Positions 43,996-54,372 of a stretch of DNA of 64,000 nt are shown here, piece by piece. The notes below the pieces were generated by a model, which was not told the origin of the DNA, did not search any database, and saw only the letters and a program-made list of their open reading frames with translations. The number at the start of each line of letters is the position of its first letter. The first letter of the stretch is position 1. This stretch comes from Gammaproteobacteria bacterium (GTDB lineage: Bacteria; Pseudomonadota; Gammaproteobacteria; CAJXQU01): positions 396,357-460,356 of the forward strand of contig CBDEGZ010000003.1 of NCBI GenBank assembly GCA_965238175.1. The letters are read 5' to 3'. A program made the translations under genes and the position numbers.

Positions 43996-45066
43996 TTATA
44001 GCACTTCTTGAAAGTTCCCATGTTCCACGTGAAACAGTTTAGCTTTTTGTATGAAACCTGCTGGAATTAAGTTTTTTTCTGTAGCAGTAATAAATTGCTG
44101 TGTTTGTATAGAAGATAACATTTCTATCATGCTTTCTTTTCTTTCTGAATCTAATTCAGCTGGCAAATCGTCAACAAGCAGTATCGCTTTTTTAGCGACT
44201 AGCTGTTTGAGTAATAAAATTTTTGTTATTTCTAAAGCTGTTGCGAGAAGTTTAGTTTGTCCTCTAGATAAGACTTGAGCAGCAAACTGTTTATTAGTTT
44301 TTATCAATAGATCAGACCTGTGCGGACCTCTTCTTGTATAACCTGCTACAAAATCTTTTTCTCGACACGTTTCTATCGTTTCTCTAAATTCACCCTCACC
44401 CCAACCATTTTCATACATTAATGTGACTGGAAACTCACAGTATTTAGTCAACTCTCGTTGAAAGGTACTATCAAATTGATCAATAACTTTCTTCCGCTGT
44501 TGATCTATTACTTCTGCGGATTGAATTAATTTCTCATCCCAACCCAATAATTCGTTTATAGACCTTCTTTTTCTTAAAAGAACATTTCGTTGTTTGAGTA
44601 TTTTGTAATAGGTTTGCCAATGTTGATAATAATCTTGTTTCACGTGGAACAATAGCCAATCTATCAACTTTCTTCTTTTTATTGGACCCCCAAGAATTAA
44701 TTGATGGTTTTCAGGTGTTAATAAAACAATCGGCTGGATAGTAGCAAGCTTTGCAGCACTGTTTATCTTTTCACCCGCATATTTTATTAAAGTATTTCTT
44801 TTATCTCTCTCTATCCCTAAGGTTCTAATATTTTCTGCTTGTTTTATTTTTGAGACTATTTGTAGCTTTAATTTGCCATTTTTTATTATGTGCTCTGCTC
44901 TTGAGCTGCGAAACGATCTTGATAAAAAAAGTAGATGTATAGCCTCTAATAGACTGCTTTTGCCGCTAGCATTTTTCCCTGTTATCACATTCAAATAACC
45001 TGACGGCTTTAGTATTGCAATCTCAATATTGCGTAGATCTTTTATCTGTAGTGATTCTATTGTCAC
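43996..45066 (-). CDS. recF: DNA replication and repair protein RecF
   Basis: Walker A GKNASGKSSLLEA within the dnaA-dnaN-recF-gyrB synteny. Confidence 0.9.
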   Translation of the reverse strand: MTIESLQIKDLRNIEIAILKPSGYLNVITGKNASGKSSLLEAIHLLFLSRSFRSSRAEHIIKNGKLKLQIVSKIKQAENIRTLGIERDKRNTLIKYAGEKINSAAKLATIQPIVLLTPENHQLILGGPIKRRKLIDWLLFHVKQDYYQHWQTYYKILKQRNVLLRKRRSINELLGWDEKLIQSAEVIDQQRKKVIDQFDSTFQRELTKYCEFPVTLMYENGWGEGEFRETIETCREKDFVAGYTRRGPHRSDLLIKTNKQFAAQVLSRGQTKLLATALEITKILLLKQLVAKKAILLVDDLPAELDSERKESMIEMLSSIQTQQFITATEKNLIPAGFIQKAKLFHVEHGNFQEVL

Positions 45067-45083
45067 TGTAAGTTGAATAATTC

Positions 45084-46184
45084 TTATAAACGCATAGGCA
45101 TAATTACATAACGACTTTCACTATCTTCAGACGATGTTATCAAACAACTACTATCAGAATCTTTTAACTCAAGGATAACTTGATCAGATTTTATAATATT
45201 AAGTACGTCCAAAAGGTATGAAACATTGAATCCAATCTCCATACTCTCTCCAGAATAAATAACTTCTATTTCTTCTTCTGCTGTTTCTTGTTCCGGATTA
45301 TTTGCTGAGGAGATAATTTTTCCTTCTTCTAAAACCATTCGGATCCCTCTGAATTTTTCATTCGAAAGTATTGATGTTCTTGCCATACCACTACGTAATT
45401 TCTCCCTGTCAGCAAAAACCTTTTTATTACTGCCTTGGGGAATTACACGATCATAATCTGGGAATTTTCCATCAATGAGTTTTGTCGTTAAAGATTGGTT
45501 CTCTGTGATAACGCGTAAGTGACTAGAACTTATTACTATTTCTACGTTTTTGTCATTACCTGCTAACAAACGGTTTATTTCAAGAACCCCTTTTCTTGGC
45601 ACAATAATTTGTAATAACTTGTCAAGCCCTGTTGAAAAGCGAGTTTCTGATAATGCAAGTCTGTGTCCATCTGTCGCTACCGCTCGTATGTTTTCTCCAT
45701 CTAATTCAATTAATAAACCATTTAGATAGTACCTAACATCCTGATGAGCCATTGCAAATTGAGTATTTTCTAATAATTTTTTTATGGTTGTTTCTGGTAA
45801 ATTAAGTGTGCTTTTTTGATCTAAATTTTCAATTGCTGGGAAATGATCAGCAGACATAGTACTTAGTGTGAATTTACTTTTGCCGCTGTGTATTTTTATT
45901 TTTTCTTCTTCAACGATTAATTCTACATTTGATCCATCTGGTAAAGCTTTAATAATATCTAAAAACTTTCTGGCAGGAATTGTTGTTTTACCAATACCTT
46001 CTGAAACATGTGGAATAACAAAACAAGATTCAACTTCCATATCTGTTGCTGTTAGTTTTAACGTTTCCTTCTCAACTTGTAAAAGAACATTTGAAAGGAT
46101 CGGTAAACTTTGTCTTCTTTCTACAACACCTGAAATGGCTAAAAGAGGTTCCAGGAGTTCTTGTTTATTAATTAATATATTCAT
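45084..46184 (-). CDS. dnaN: DNA polymerase III beta sliding clamp
   Basis: 366 aa in the position expected for dnaN. Confidence 0.9.
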   Translation of the reverse strand: MNILINKQELLEPLLAISGVVERRQSLPILSNVLLQVEKETLKLTATDMEVESCFVIPHVSEGIGKTTIPARKFLDIIKALPDGSNVELIVEEEKIKIHSGKSKFTLSTMSADHFPAIENLDQKSTLNLPETTIKKLLENTQFAMAHQDVRYYLNGLLIELDGENIRAVATDGHRLALSETRFSTGLDKLLQIIVPRKGVLEINRLLAGNDKNVEIVISSSHLRVITENQSLTTKLIDGKFPDYDRVIPQGSNKKVFADREKLRSGMARTSILSNEKFRGIRMVLEEGKIISSANNPEQETAEEEIEVIYSGESMEIGFNVSYLLDVLNIIKSDQVILELKDSDSSCLITSSEDSESRYVIMPMRL

Positions 46185-46307
46185 ATTTAAACCTTATTAT
46201 TGTTATAATTAAGGAACTCTAATTCTGTTAGTAACTAATTAAAAACCTTTATTATCAAATAATTAACTTGTTTGTATCTTTTCTTATAAACCTAGTTGAA
46301 AGCTGCA

Positions 46308-46316
46308 TTTATCCTG
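46308..46316. promoter_or_regulatory. DnaA-box-like site (TGTGGATTA = TAATCCACA) in the dnaA-dnaN spacer
   Basis: It has one mismatch to TTATCCACA. A second variant, TTATCAACA, lies about 70 nt downstream in a very AT-rich 219-nt spacer. Confidence 0.35.
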
Positions 46317-46403
46317 TGGATTAAATCTGAATAACTTACTTAGTAAAAGCATACATTTTTACTCCACAAGCTTACCAACAAATTTATCAACAGTCAGGTT
46401 CGT

Positions 46404-47768
46404 TTAAGTTGTTAGTATTCTATACAAGTTTGTATAGTCCTCATTTATTCTTGGTTCTGCTTTACAAAGCTCATCTATTTTTCTACAGGCGTGTAGAACA
46501 GTTGTGTGATCTCGGCCACCAAAAGCATCACCTATTTCAGGAAGGCTATGGTTTGTAAGGCTTTTTGAAAGCGCCATGGCAATTTGCCTGGGTCTGGCGA
46601 TGGATCTATTTCTTCTTTTCGAGTTCATGTCAATTACTCGTAGTTTGAAATATTCAGCAACTATTTTTTTTATGCTCTCAATGGTGACCAGCTTATCCTG
46701 TACAGCTAGTAGATCATTAAGTGCCTCTTTAGCAAAATCGAGCGTCACAGGATGGCCGGTAAATTTTGTATAAGCGATTATCCGTCGTAAGGCGCCTTCC
46801 AAATCTCGCACATTAGATTTGAAACGTTCACCCACCAAAAAAGCCACATCATCGGGTAAATCTATGTTCTCGATAACTGCCTTACTTTTCAGAATTGCAA
46901 CACGTGTTTCGAGCTCTGGCGGATCAATTGCAACAGTTAAACCCCAACCAAAACGGGATTTTAATCTTTCTTCTACACCAGAGACCTCTTTTGGATAACG
47001 ATCACAGGTTAATACGATCTGATGCTCACCTTCTTGTAATGCATTGAAAGTATGGAAAAATTCTTCTTGAGATCGTTCCTTCCCGGCAAAAAACTGTATG
47101 TCGTCTATTAACAAAACGTCCACGGATCGGTAAAAACGTTTAAACTCGTTAATGGTGTTATGTTGAAGCGCCTTAACCATATCAGCGACAAAACGCTCAG
47201 AATGTAGATAGACAACATTTGCGCTTGGGTTTAACTCCAGAATTTTGTTTCCTATTGCATGCATACAATGCGTTTTCCCAAGTCCAACACCACCACAGAT
47301 AAACAAAGGGTTATATGCAGTGCCTGGGTTTTCAACAACTTGTAAAGCCGCGGCCTTAGCTAATTGATTAGATTTACCTTCAACTAAATTTTCAAAGGTA
47401 TAATCTTTTTTAAGGCGGGTTGACGCTTTATATTTACTTTTTGTTGAGCTTACAGAGTTTGTCTGTGTCTTAATGGCATTAATTTTATTAGAATTAACCG
47501 AAGTAATAGGGGCCACTGTGCTCTTGGAGGTACCAATACTTAATTCCAGTGAAAATGTTTCATTATTGGAAAGTTTTGTCAGTATTGTATTGATATTTTT
47601 AATATATTTGTCTTCAACCCAATCAAGAACAAAGCGGTTTGGTGCAAGAAGTTTGATTGAATTGTTTTCCTCAATGGCATGCAGAGGGCGGATCCAAGTG
47701 CTGAACTGATCTTGGGGGATTTCTGTTTCTAGTTTTTCTAGACAGCGGTTCCAAAGTGGGTTACTCAC
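46404..47768 (-). CDS. dnaA: Chromosomal replication initiator protein DnaA
   Basis: AAA+ motifs ([16 protein letters not shown]) and the C-terminal DNA-binding signature. Confidence 0.97.
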   Translation of the reverse strand: MSNPLWNRCLEKLETEIPQDQFSTWIRPLHAIEENNSIKLLAPNRFVLDWVEDKYIKNINTILTKLSNNETFSLELSIGTSKSTVAPITSVNSNKINAIKTQTNSVSSTKSKYKASTRLKKDYTFENLVEGKSNQLAKAAALQVVENPGTAYNPLFICGGVGLGKTHCMHAIGNKILELNPSANVVYLHSERFVADMVKALQHNTINEFKRFYRSVDVLLIDDIQFFAGKERSQEEFFHTFNALQEGEHQIVLTCDRYPKEVSGVEERLKSRFGWGLTVAIDPPELETRVAILKSKAVIENIDLPDDVAFLVGERFKSNVRDLEGALRRIIAYTKFTGHPVTLDFAKEALNDLLAVQDKLVTIESIKKIVAEYFKLRVIDMNSKRRNRSIARPRQIAMALSKSLTNHSLPEIGDAFGGRDHTTVLHACRKIDELCKAEPRINEDYTNLYRILTT

Positions 47769-47839
47769 GAGGACTTATGAAACTCCCTATTAGTTGTTAT
47801 AGTAATTAAACAGTAAATGATATACCCCTTAATAAAAGT

Positions 47840-47848
47840 TATCCACAG
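47840..47848 (+). promoter_or_regulatory. Consensus DnaA box TTATCCACA upstream of dnaA
   Basis: A perfect 9-mer lies 72 nt upstream of the dnaA start in the rpmH-dnaA divergent region. Confidence 0.55.
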
Positions 47849-47992
47849 GTAAGTTGATAGTGTTAGGCTGGATTATGAGAACTTAGATTAGAGGCTGAAT
47901 TTAAGAATACTGAAGATATAATTGACATTAAATTCAGAGAAGAAGTATGATCGCGTCCCTTTTGCTACAGATCTATAGAGAATAGAAATCTC

Positions 47993-48127
47993 ATGAAAAG
48001 AACATTTCAACCAAGTAATCTCAAGAGAAAACGTCGTCACGGTTTTAGAAAAAGAATGAAAACACGTGCAGGCCGTGCCATCCTGAAGGCAAGAAGAGCT
48101 AAAGGTCGTCATAAGTTATCTGCTTGA
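47993..48127 (+). CDS. rpmH: 50S ribosomal protein L34
   Basis: [44 protein letters not shown] (44 aa). It is below the six-frame ORF length cutoff but matches L34 unmistakably. Confidence 0.9.
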   Translation: MKRTFQPSNLKRKRRHGFRKRMKTRAGRAILKARRAKGRHKLSA

Positions 48128-48163
48128 TTCTAGAACAGTTGTACGAAGTTCAGAGAAAAAAGG

Positions 48164-48493
48164 GTGCGCCAAAGTTACAATCTTAGAGAATCTGCTGATT
48201 ATCAACAGGTTTTTAAAAAAAATGAAAGTTTGCGCGATAAAAACTGGTTAATTTTGTACCGTTCAAATACATTAGAATTTGCGCGATTAGGTTTGGCTGT
48301 TTCAAAAAAGAACGTTAAAAAAGCGACTCAAAGGAATCGTATAAAAAGAATTATCAGAGAAACATTTCGAAAAAAAAAAGCAATGATAGTACCTACGGAT
48401 ATTATAGTTCTTGTGCGTCATGGTATTTCTGAAAAGAGCAACCGGGAGTTGATAAATTCCATAAATAGTCTCTGGTACAAATTGGAGAGCTAA
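48164..48493 (+). CDS. rnpA: RNase P protein component
   Basis: 109 aa, basic, in the position expected after rpmH. Confidence 0.85.
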   Translation: MRQSYNLRESADYQQVFKKNESLRDKNWLILYRSNTLEFARLGLAVSKKNVKKATQRNRIKRIIRETFRKKKAMIVPTDIIVLVRHGISEKSNRELINSINSLWYKLES

Positions 48494-48531
48494 TGAAGTT
48501 CTAGTTAAATGGCTTAAACGGTTCTAGTGAT

Positions 48532-48783
48532 ATGAAGAAACTTCTTGTGATGTTAATACGAGGTTACCAGATTTTAATAAGTCCTTGGCTTGGCCATCGC
48601 TGTCGTTTCTTTCCCTCTTGTTCAAATTATGCAACCGAAGCGATCACTTCTTTTGGTGCTTTAAAAGGTAGTTACCTTTCGGTAAAACGGGTTTGTCGAT
48701 GTCATCCCTTTCACCCAGGTGGTTTTGATCCTGTTCCCCTAAAAGCGGATCAAAATACAAAACATCAATCCTCAGGAATATAA
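48532..48783 (+). CDS. yidD: Membrane protein insertion efficiency factor YidD
   Basis: 83 aa matching the YidD consensus ([27 protein letters not shown]). Confidence 0.85.
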   Translation: MKKLLVMLIRGYQILISPWLGHRCRFFPSCSNYATEAITSFGALKGSYLSVKRVCRCHPFHPGGFDPVPLKADQNTKHQSSGI

Positions 48784-48806
48784 ATAATTAAAACAGGAAA
48801 TTTTTA

Positions 48807-50450
48807 ATGGACAATATGAGATTGATGTTGTTTGCAGCACTTGGATTTGTCATGTTGTCCTTGTGGCAAGCATGGCAGCAAGATTATGGTGAGCGGCCTG
48901 AGCCACTAACGTTAGAACAGCAAGAAAATATAGACTCAGCACCAACATCTATACAAACAAACATGGATGATATTCCAGTTGCTGTTATTAGTGATGATCA
49001 ACCTGTACTTGAGAACCTTGTTGAGCCACTAACAAAATCCGGTAAGCGAATTGTAGTAGAAACGGATGTTTTTAAAGCTGTAATAAATACACAAGGTGGC
49101 GATATTCGTGGGACGGCGTTAAAAGAATTTCCGGTGACATCTGATCGGCCAGATATTCCTTTTGTACTTTTTAACGATAACGAAAGTACATTTTATGCCA
49201 GCCAAGGGGGCATCCTTAGTAAACAAGCTGCTGCAAATCATCATAGTGTTTTTACTTCCACTTCTGAAAACTATGTTTTAGCTAACGGGCAAGATTCATT
49301 AGATGTCGTTTTAACCTGGTCTGAGGGTGAAATAGATATTGAGAAAATAATAACCTTTCATCGTGGTGAATATCTGATCGACGTTACCTACCGAGTAAAA
49401 AATAATTCTTCGGAAAACTGGAGTGGTCGTTTTTATGAACAGCTAAATCGTAAACACGCTAATGAGGGTCGTAGAATGTTGCCAACGTTCACGGGTGCTG
49501 CGATTTCCAGCCCCGAAAAACGTTACGAAAAAATGAATTTCGACGATTTAGCAGACGAACCAATTTCAAGAGATGGAACTGAAGGTTGGGTCGCGATGAT
49601 TGAGCATTATTTTGTTAGCGCGTTAATCCCCAAAAGTGTTGATAGCTATCATTACTATAGCAAAGTACTTGATAATGGACGTTATGTAATCGGACTCTAT
49701 GGGCCACAACAAAACATTGCACCAGGTGAAGTAAAAGAAGCAACAGTGAAAGTATATTCTGGTCCGAAAACCCAGAAAGTATTAGAGAAAATTGCACCAG
49801 GACTCGAATTAACGGTTGATTATGGTGTGTTATGGTTTATTGCTAAACCAATTTTCTGGTTATTAGATACCATACACTCTGTCGTTGGAAACTGGGGTTG
49901 GGCGATTATCCTTGTCACAGTTGTGATCAAAGCTATTTTTTATCCTCTCTCAGCGATGGGCTACAAATCGATGGCTAGAATGCGAAAAGTAACCCCACGC
50001 ATGACGGTAATTCGTGAAAGATATAGTAAAGATAAGGCCAGAATGAATCAGGCAATGATGGAGCTCTATAAAGAAGAAAAAATAAATCCACTCGGAGGGT
50101 GCTTTCCAATTTTGATTCAGATCCCGGTATTTCTTGCTTTGTATTGGGTGTTGCTAGAAAGCGTCGAAATGCGACAAGCACCGTTTATGCTTTGGATTCA
50201 GGATCTTTCGATTAAAGATCCGTTTTTTGTTCTACCGCTTATTATGGGTATCAGTATGTTTATTCAACAAAAGTTGAATCCGCCACCACCCGATCCTTTA
50301 CAGGCAAAAGTGATGCAATTTTTACCGGTTGTTTTCACCATATTCTTTGCCTTTTTCCCAGCAGGATTGGTGTTGTATTGGGTAACAAATAATATCCTTT
50401 CAATTGCTCAACAATGGACGATTACCAAGCGTATCGAAGCGGCAGCATAA
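48807..50450 (+). CDS. yidC: Membrane protein insertase YidC
   Basis: 547 aa with a periplasmic domain and a conserved C-terminal 5-TM core. Confidence 0.92.
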   Translation: MDNMRLMLFAALGFVMLSLWQAWQQDYGERPEPLTLEQQENIDSAPTSIQTNMDDIPVAVISDDQPVLENLVEPLTKSGKRIVVETDVFKAVINTQGGDIRGTALKEFPVTSDRPDIPFVLFNDNESTFYASQGGILSKQAAANHHSVFTSTSENYVLANGQDSLDVVLTWSEGEIDIEKIITFHRGEYLIDVTYRVKNNSSENWSGRFYEQLNRKHANEGRRMLPTFTGAAISSPEKRYEKMNFDDLADEPISRDGTEGWVAMIEHYFVSALIPKSVDSYHYYSKVLDNGRYVIGLYGPQQNIAPGEVKEATVKVYSGPKTQKVLEKIAPGLELTVDYGVLWFIAKPIFWLLDTIHSVVGNWGWAIILVTVVIKAIFYPLSAMGYKSMARMRKVTPRMTVIRERYSKDKARMNQAMMELYKEEKINPLGGCFPILIQIPVFLALYWVLLESVEMRQAPFMLWIQDLSIKDPFFVLPLIMGISMFIQQKLNPPPPDPLQAKVMQFLPVVFTIFFAFFPAGLVLYWVTNNILSIAQQWTITKRIEAAA

Positions 50451-50491
50451 GCTGTTGGTGTAAATGTGTTTTGAACAGATAATAATCGGCA

Positions 50492-51829
50492 ATGTCTGAA
50501 CAACAAGACACGATTGCAGCAATTGCAACCCCACCAGGTTCTGGCGGGGTTGGAGTAATCCGGATCTCTGGCCCACAAGTCACAACAATAACCGTTTCCA
50601 TTGTTGGTGATTTACCTCAATCCAGAACAGCAATCTATCGATCTTTTCGATCATCAAACGATCAAATACTTGATCAAGGTCTTGCGTTATTTTTCCCAGG
50701 TCCCGATTCATTTACGGGTGAAGATGTTTTAGAGCTCCATGGACACGGTGGTTCTGTCGTTATGAATCGACTCCTAAAACGAGTTCTTGAATTGGGTGCA
50801 AGGCAAGCAAATCCTGGAGAGTTTTCTGAACGTGCTTTCTTGAATGGAAAGGTAGATTTAATCCAAGCCGAAGCCGTCGCAGATTTGATTAATAGCGCAA
50901 GTGAACAAGCAGCAATCAGCGCAATTCGATCACTTTCGGGTGAATTTTCAAAGTTAGTTACACGACTAAAAGATCAGATCATTTCCATGCGTATGTTAAT
51001 CGAAGCGCATATGGATTTTACTGATGAAGAATTAGATATTCCGGTTGCTACTTTCCAGCAATCTATTCAAGCTGCGATTGATCAAAATCAGAATATTTTA
51101 GATAAAGCGCGGCAAGGTGCGGTACTAAACGAAGGCCTAAGGATTGCGATTATTGGTGAACCTAATGTTGGGAAATCAAGTTTACTAAACAGCTTACTAC
51201 AACAAGATCGTGCCATTGTGACAGATATTCCCGGAACGACGCGTGACACATTGACGGAAAAATTTTTAATAGACGGTGTACCTTTTGTGATTACAGATAC
51301 AGCGGGTTTACGAACCACAAATGATCCTGTCGAATTAGAAGGAATAAACCGAACGAACTTGTCGATGGAAACGGCAGATCTGGTTTTGATCATGTCTGAG
51401 TATCCAAAAATAGCAGAACAAATATCAACAGAGATCAAAAGCAAGATCTATGTAGTAAACAAAATTGATCAAGCGCAAGATGTTAAAGCCAAGATCAAAA
51501 TGGCTGTAGCTCTCTCCCCTGCTGAAATCCAACTTTCAGCAAAAACCGGAGAAGGTTTGGATTTGTTAAAGAAAGAATTATTAAAATTTGCTGGAGTCGA
51601 TACAGGTGCAGAAGGAATTTTCACAGCTAGGCAACGGCACATCGAGGCACTCGAAAACACACGAGAGTTTTTAAATATTGCAGAACCTTGTCTAACAAGT
51701 AGTGAAACTTTTGATCTGGCGGCTGAAAACCTACGCTTAGCATTACATTCCTTAGGTGAAATTACCGGCGAATTTACTACCGAAGATTTACTCGGTGAAA
51801 TTTTTTCAGGTTTTTGTATCGGAAAATAA
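50492..51829 (+). CDS. mnmE: tRNA modification GTPase MnmE
   Basis: G-domain motifs GEPNVGKSSL and DTAG, and a C-terminal CIGK motif. Confidence 0.92.
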   Translation: MSEQQDTIAAIATPPGSGGVGVIRISGPQVTTITVSIVGDLPQSRTAIYRSFRSSNDQILDQGLALFFPGPDSFTGEDVLELHGHGGSVVMNRLLKRVLELGARQANPGEFSERAFLNGKVDLIQAEAVADLINSASEQAAISAIRSLSGEFSKLVTRLKDQIISMRMLIEAHMDFTDEELDIPVATFQQSIQAAIDQNQNILDKARQGAVLNEGLRIAIIGEPNVGKSSLLNSLLQQDRAIVTDIPGTTRDTLTEKFLIDGVPFVITDTAGLRTTNDPVELEGINRTNLSMETADLVLIMSEYPKIAEQISTEIKSKIYVVNKIDQAQDVKAKIKMAVALSPAEIQLSAKTGEGLDLLKKELLKFAGVDTGAEGIFTARQRHIEALENTREFLNIAEPCLTSSETFDLAAENLRLALHSLGEITGEFTTEDLLGEIFSGFCIGK

Positions 51830-51836
51830 ATTGAAA

Positions 51837-52262
51837 ATGGATCAGAAAAACTGTACTTTTTTACGCAGAATGGGCGCGATATTTTACGACAGCCTGTTAC
51901 TATTTTCTGTTCTTTTATTTGCAACGATACCAGCTTTGGTTATAAGCAGTGGTGAAGCAATTGACTCGCAAAATATTTATTTCCAGATTTACTTAATTTT
52001 CGTCGCAGCACTCTATTTTATCCTGCCATGGAAAATTCGTGGGCAAACGCTCGGTATGCAAAGCTGGAAAATAAAACTGGTTTCAGACAATGGTGATCGA
52101 ATAAATTATCAACAAGCGATTAAACGGATCTTGTTTTCATGTTTGTCCTGGGCTCCGGCAGGACTGGGTTTTATCTGGAGTATTTTTGATCAAGAAAACC
52201 TTGCCTGGAATGATCGATTATCGAAAACAAAATTGATTCATATTCTTGAAAAAAATAATTGA
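51837..52262 (+). CDS. RDD-family membrane protein
   Basis: RRMGAIFYDSLLLFSVLLFATIP. The start is placed at Met 51837, just after the mnmE stop. The listed six-frame ORF starts at 51756 inside mnmE. Confidence 0.55.
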   Translation: MDQKNCTFLRRMGAIFYDSLLLFSVLLFATIPALVISSGEAIDSQNIYFQIYLIFVAALYFILPWKIRGQTLGMQSWKIKLVSDNGDRINYQQAIKRILFSCLSWAPAGLGFIWSIFDQENLAWNDRLSKTKLIHILEKNN

Positions 52263-52350
52263 TTTTAAGCTCCAGGCGGTTTCCAGTCAGGTCGAGTATT
52301 TGCGAAAACAGCAGATCACAATACTGACTGTATAATACTTTTAGTTGTTG

Positions 52351-52962
52351 TCATAACATTCCTTCTTTGATTATAAACTCAACAATATCCTGTAATCCTT
52401 GACCTGCTTTTAGGTTAGTAAAAACATACGGCTTATCAACACGCATTCGCTGTGTATCACTATCCATCACATCAAGGGAGGCGCCAACATAAGGCGCAAG
52501 ATCAATTTTATTGATGACTAATAGATCGGATCTCGTAATACCGGGACCACCTTTTCTCGGTATCTTTTCGCCTTCAGCGACATCGATGACATAAATCGTA
52601 ATATCGGCTAATTCTGGGCTGAAAGTGGCAGAAAGGTTATCGCCACCACTTTCGATGAAGATGAGATCTAAATCAGTAAACTGATTACTTAAATCTTCAA
52701 CAGCGGCTAAATTCATCGATGCATCTTCCCGGATCGCTGTATGAGGACAACCACCAGTTTCAACACCCACAATTCGATCTGCTGAAAGTGCTTCACTTTT
52801 TGTTAGGAATTGTGCATCTTCTTTGGTGTAAATATCATTAGTGACGACGGCTAATTGATAATCATCGCGCATGGTTTTGCATAAAGCATCTAGCAAAGCA
52901 GTTTTTCCTGAGCCGACTGGACCGCCGACACCAATGCGTAAAGGGGCTTTTTGTGTATTCAT
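52351..52962 (-). CDS. ureG: Urease accessory GTPase UreG
   Basis: P-loop [11 protein letters not shown] and a CPH metal-binding motif ([11 protein letters not shown]). Confidence 0.92.
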   Translation of the reverse strand: MNTQKAPLRIGVGGPVGSGKTALLDALCKTMRDDYQLAVVTNDIYTKEDAQFLTKSEALSADRIVGVETGGCPHTAIREDASMNLAAVEDLSNQFTDLDLIFIESGGDNLSATFSPELADITIYVIDVAEGEKIPRKGGPGITRSDLLVINKIDLAPYVGASLDVMDSDTQRMRVDKPYVFTNLKAGQGLQDIVEFIIKEGML

Positions 52963-52981
52963 AGTGTGCTCTCAAATTTTT

Positions 52982-53662
52982 TTATGATCTAAATAAACGT
53001 GTGTATTGTGTTTCATGTTTTGTGCTTGCATAGGCTAACGCGGGTGACGAGCTGCCGATATTTTCATCAGTTATTTTCAAACCTTGTTCGACCGCCGTGG
53101 CAAGTGGTTGAGCCAGATCACGTAAAATTCGCTGTCCGGCCATTTGGCCTAATGGAATTAGTTTTACCCCAGAAATCACAAGGTTTTCCAGCCAGGACCA
53201 TGCAAATCCCTGTGCGCCAATTGATAAAGGAATTTGCCATCGATTCAGGGCGACAGCAAAACCTGCTGTCTGGGATTTTGATAAAACGGGTTTCCATTCT
53301 AATTCCAGATCTATTTCTAGATCTTCTAATAATCGTACCATTGCTCTACCGCGATTTATTTCCTCAAGTCTAAGCTCACGGGTTTCCCGGTGAGCAAGTA
53401 AGATATCAACCCAATGTGTTAAATCGACAGCATCTGAATTACGGCTTGCCTGTGTCATTCTGACTAACACTGGGATTTCCAGATAATGAACATTCGTGCT
53501 AATCAAGTCTGCTAACCAATCCTGTAATTCAACTTCATTGCACACCCACCCGCACTCAACTGCCCACTCCAAACCTTGAGAATAAGTAAACCCGCCAACG
53601 GGCAACGCGCTACTTGATAACTGCATCAAGTGAATAAGGCTGGTATTTGAAATCGGGTTCAT
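52982..53662 (-). CDS. ureF: Urease accessory protein UreF
   Basis: LMQLSSSALPVGGFTYSQGLEWAVE matches the UreF N-terminal consensus. The start is chosen at MNPIS...; the alternative is 33 nt upstream. Confidence 0.8.
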   Translation of the reverse strand: MNPISNTSLIHLMQLSSSALPVGGFTYSQGLEWAVECGWVCNEVELQDWLADLISTNVHYLEIPVLVRMTQASRNSDAVDLTHWVDILLAHRETRELRLEEINRGRAMVRLLEDLEIDLELEWKPVLSKSQTAGFAVALNRWQIPLSIGAQGFAWSWLENLVISGVKLIPLGQMAGQRILRDLAQPLATAVEQGLKITDENIGSSSPALAYASTKHETQYTRLFRS

Positions 53663-53673
53663 ATAATTACAAA

Positions 53674-53871
53674 TTAAGATCGAACATAGATCCATCTAAT
53701 CAGTACAATCAAAAAAGCTGCAAGAGCAACAGGCCAGACATGTTCAGGATTGGTAAAAACATGTCGTATATTTTCTAGTAAAGTTACACCATGTTGTTGG
53801 TGAGCATGTACTAATACTGGGAAGAAGCTGATAAGTACGAAAAGTATTTTATTCATGAGTTTTCCTTTCAT
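53674..53871 (-). CDS. Small His-containing membrane protein inside the urease operon (HupE/UreJ N-terminal-like fragment?)
   Basis: 65 aa: a signal-peptide-like segment ending VHA, then HQQHG and one TM helix. It loosely resembles the first about 60 aa of HupE/UreJ nickel permeases, which begin signal peptide-HxxxHxG. Confidence 0.3.
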   Translation of the reverse strand: MKGKLMNKILFVLISFFPVLVHAHQQHGVTLLENIRHVFTNPEHVWPVALAAFLIVLIRWIYVRS

Positions 53872-53874
53872 TAT

Positions 53875-54372
53875 TTAATGTTCATGGTGATGTGAACCAC
53901 CAGTACGATAAGCACCAGCTTCGGGTTCGAACGGTGCTTGTACAACAGTCACATCCAGACCCAATCCAGCTAACATCTGATCTAAAACATGATCATGTAG
54001 ATATTGAATACTGTCGGGTTTAATTTGAAGTGCCACATGTCGATTGCCTAAGTGATAGCAAGCTCTTGCTAACAACCAGGTATCTTTGCAATGCACGGAC
54101 GATAATGTTTCCTCCGCAGCGACAACCTTAACGATAGTGCCCTCATCACTTGTTAATAAATCACCATTTTGGAGTATTTGTCCTCGTTCTAAGTACAAAC
54201 CAACTTCTCGTCCATCGTCTAATACAGCTCGCAAACGACACTTGACCCTACTGGACAATGGCAATGTAAGCGTGGCGTGTTCTTTGGTTTTTTCAGTGAG
54301 TTTTTGGATTAAATTAATCATATCAAAACAGGAAATAGCGTTGGGCAAGTGGTAATTCAGCTGCTGGCTCAC
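53875..54372 (-). CDS. ureE: Urease accessory protein UreE
   Basis: The His-rich C-terminus GGSHHHEH is a nickel-binding tail. The gene lies between ureC and ureF. Confidence 0.85.
   Translation of the reverse strand: MSQQLNYHLPNAISCFDMINLIQKLTEKTKEHATLTLPLSSRVKCRLRAVLDDGREVGLYLERGQILQNGDLLTSDEGTIVKVVAAEETLSSVHCKDTWLLARACYHLGNRHVALQIKPDSIQYLHDHVLDQMLAGLGLDVTVVQAPFEPEAGAYRTGGSHHHEH

Noticed and set aside
52263-52350. Imperfect inverted repeat (CAGTCAG…AGTAT / ATACTGACTG) between the convergent RDD and ureG genes, as a bidirectional terminator
   Set aside because: The stem is interrupted and no U-tracts are present. It is too weak to call.
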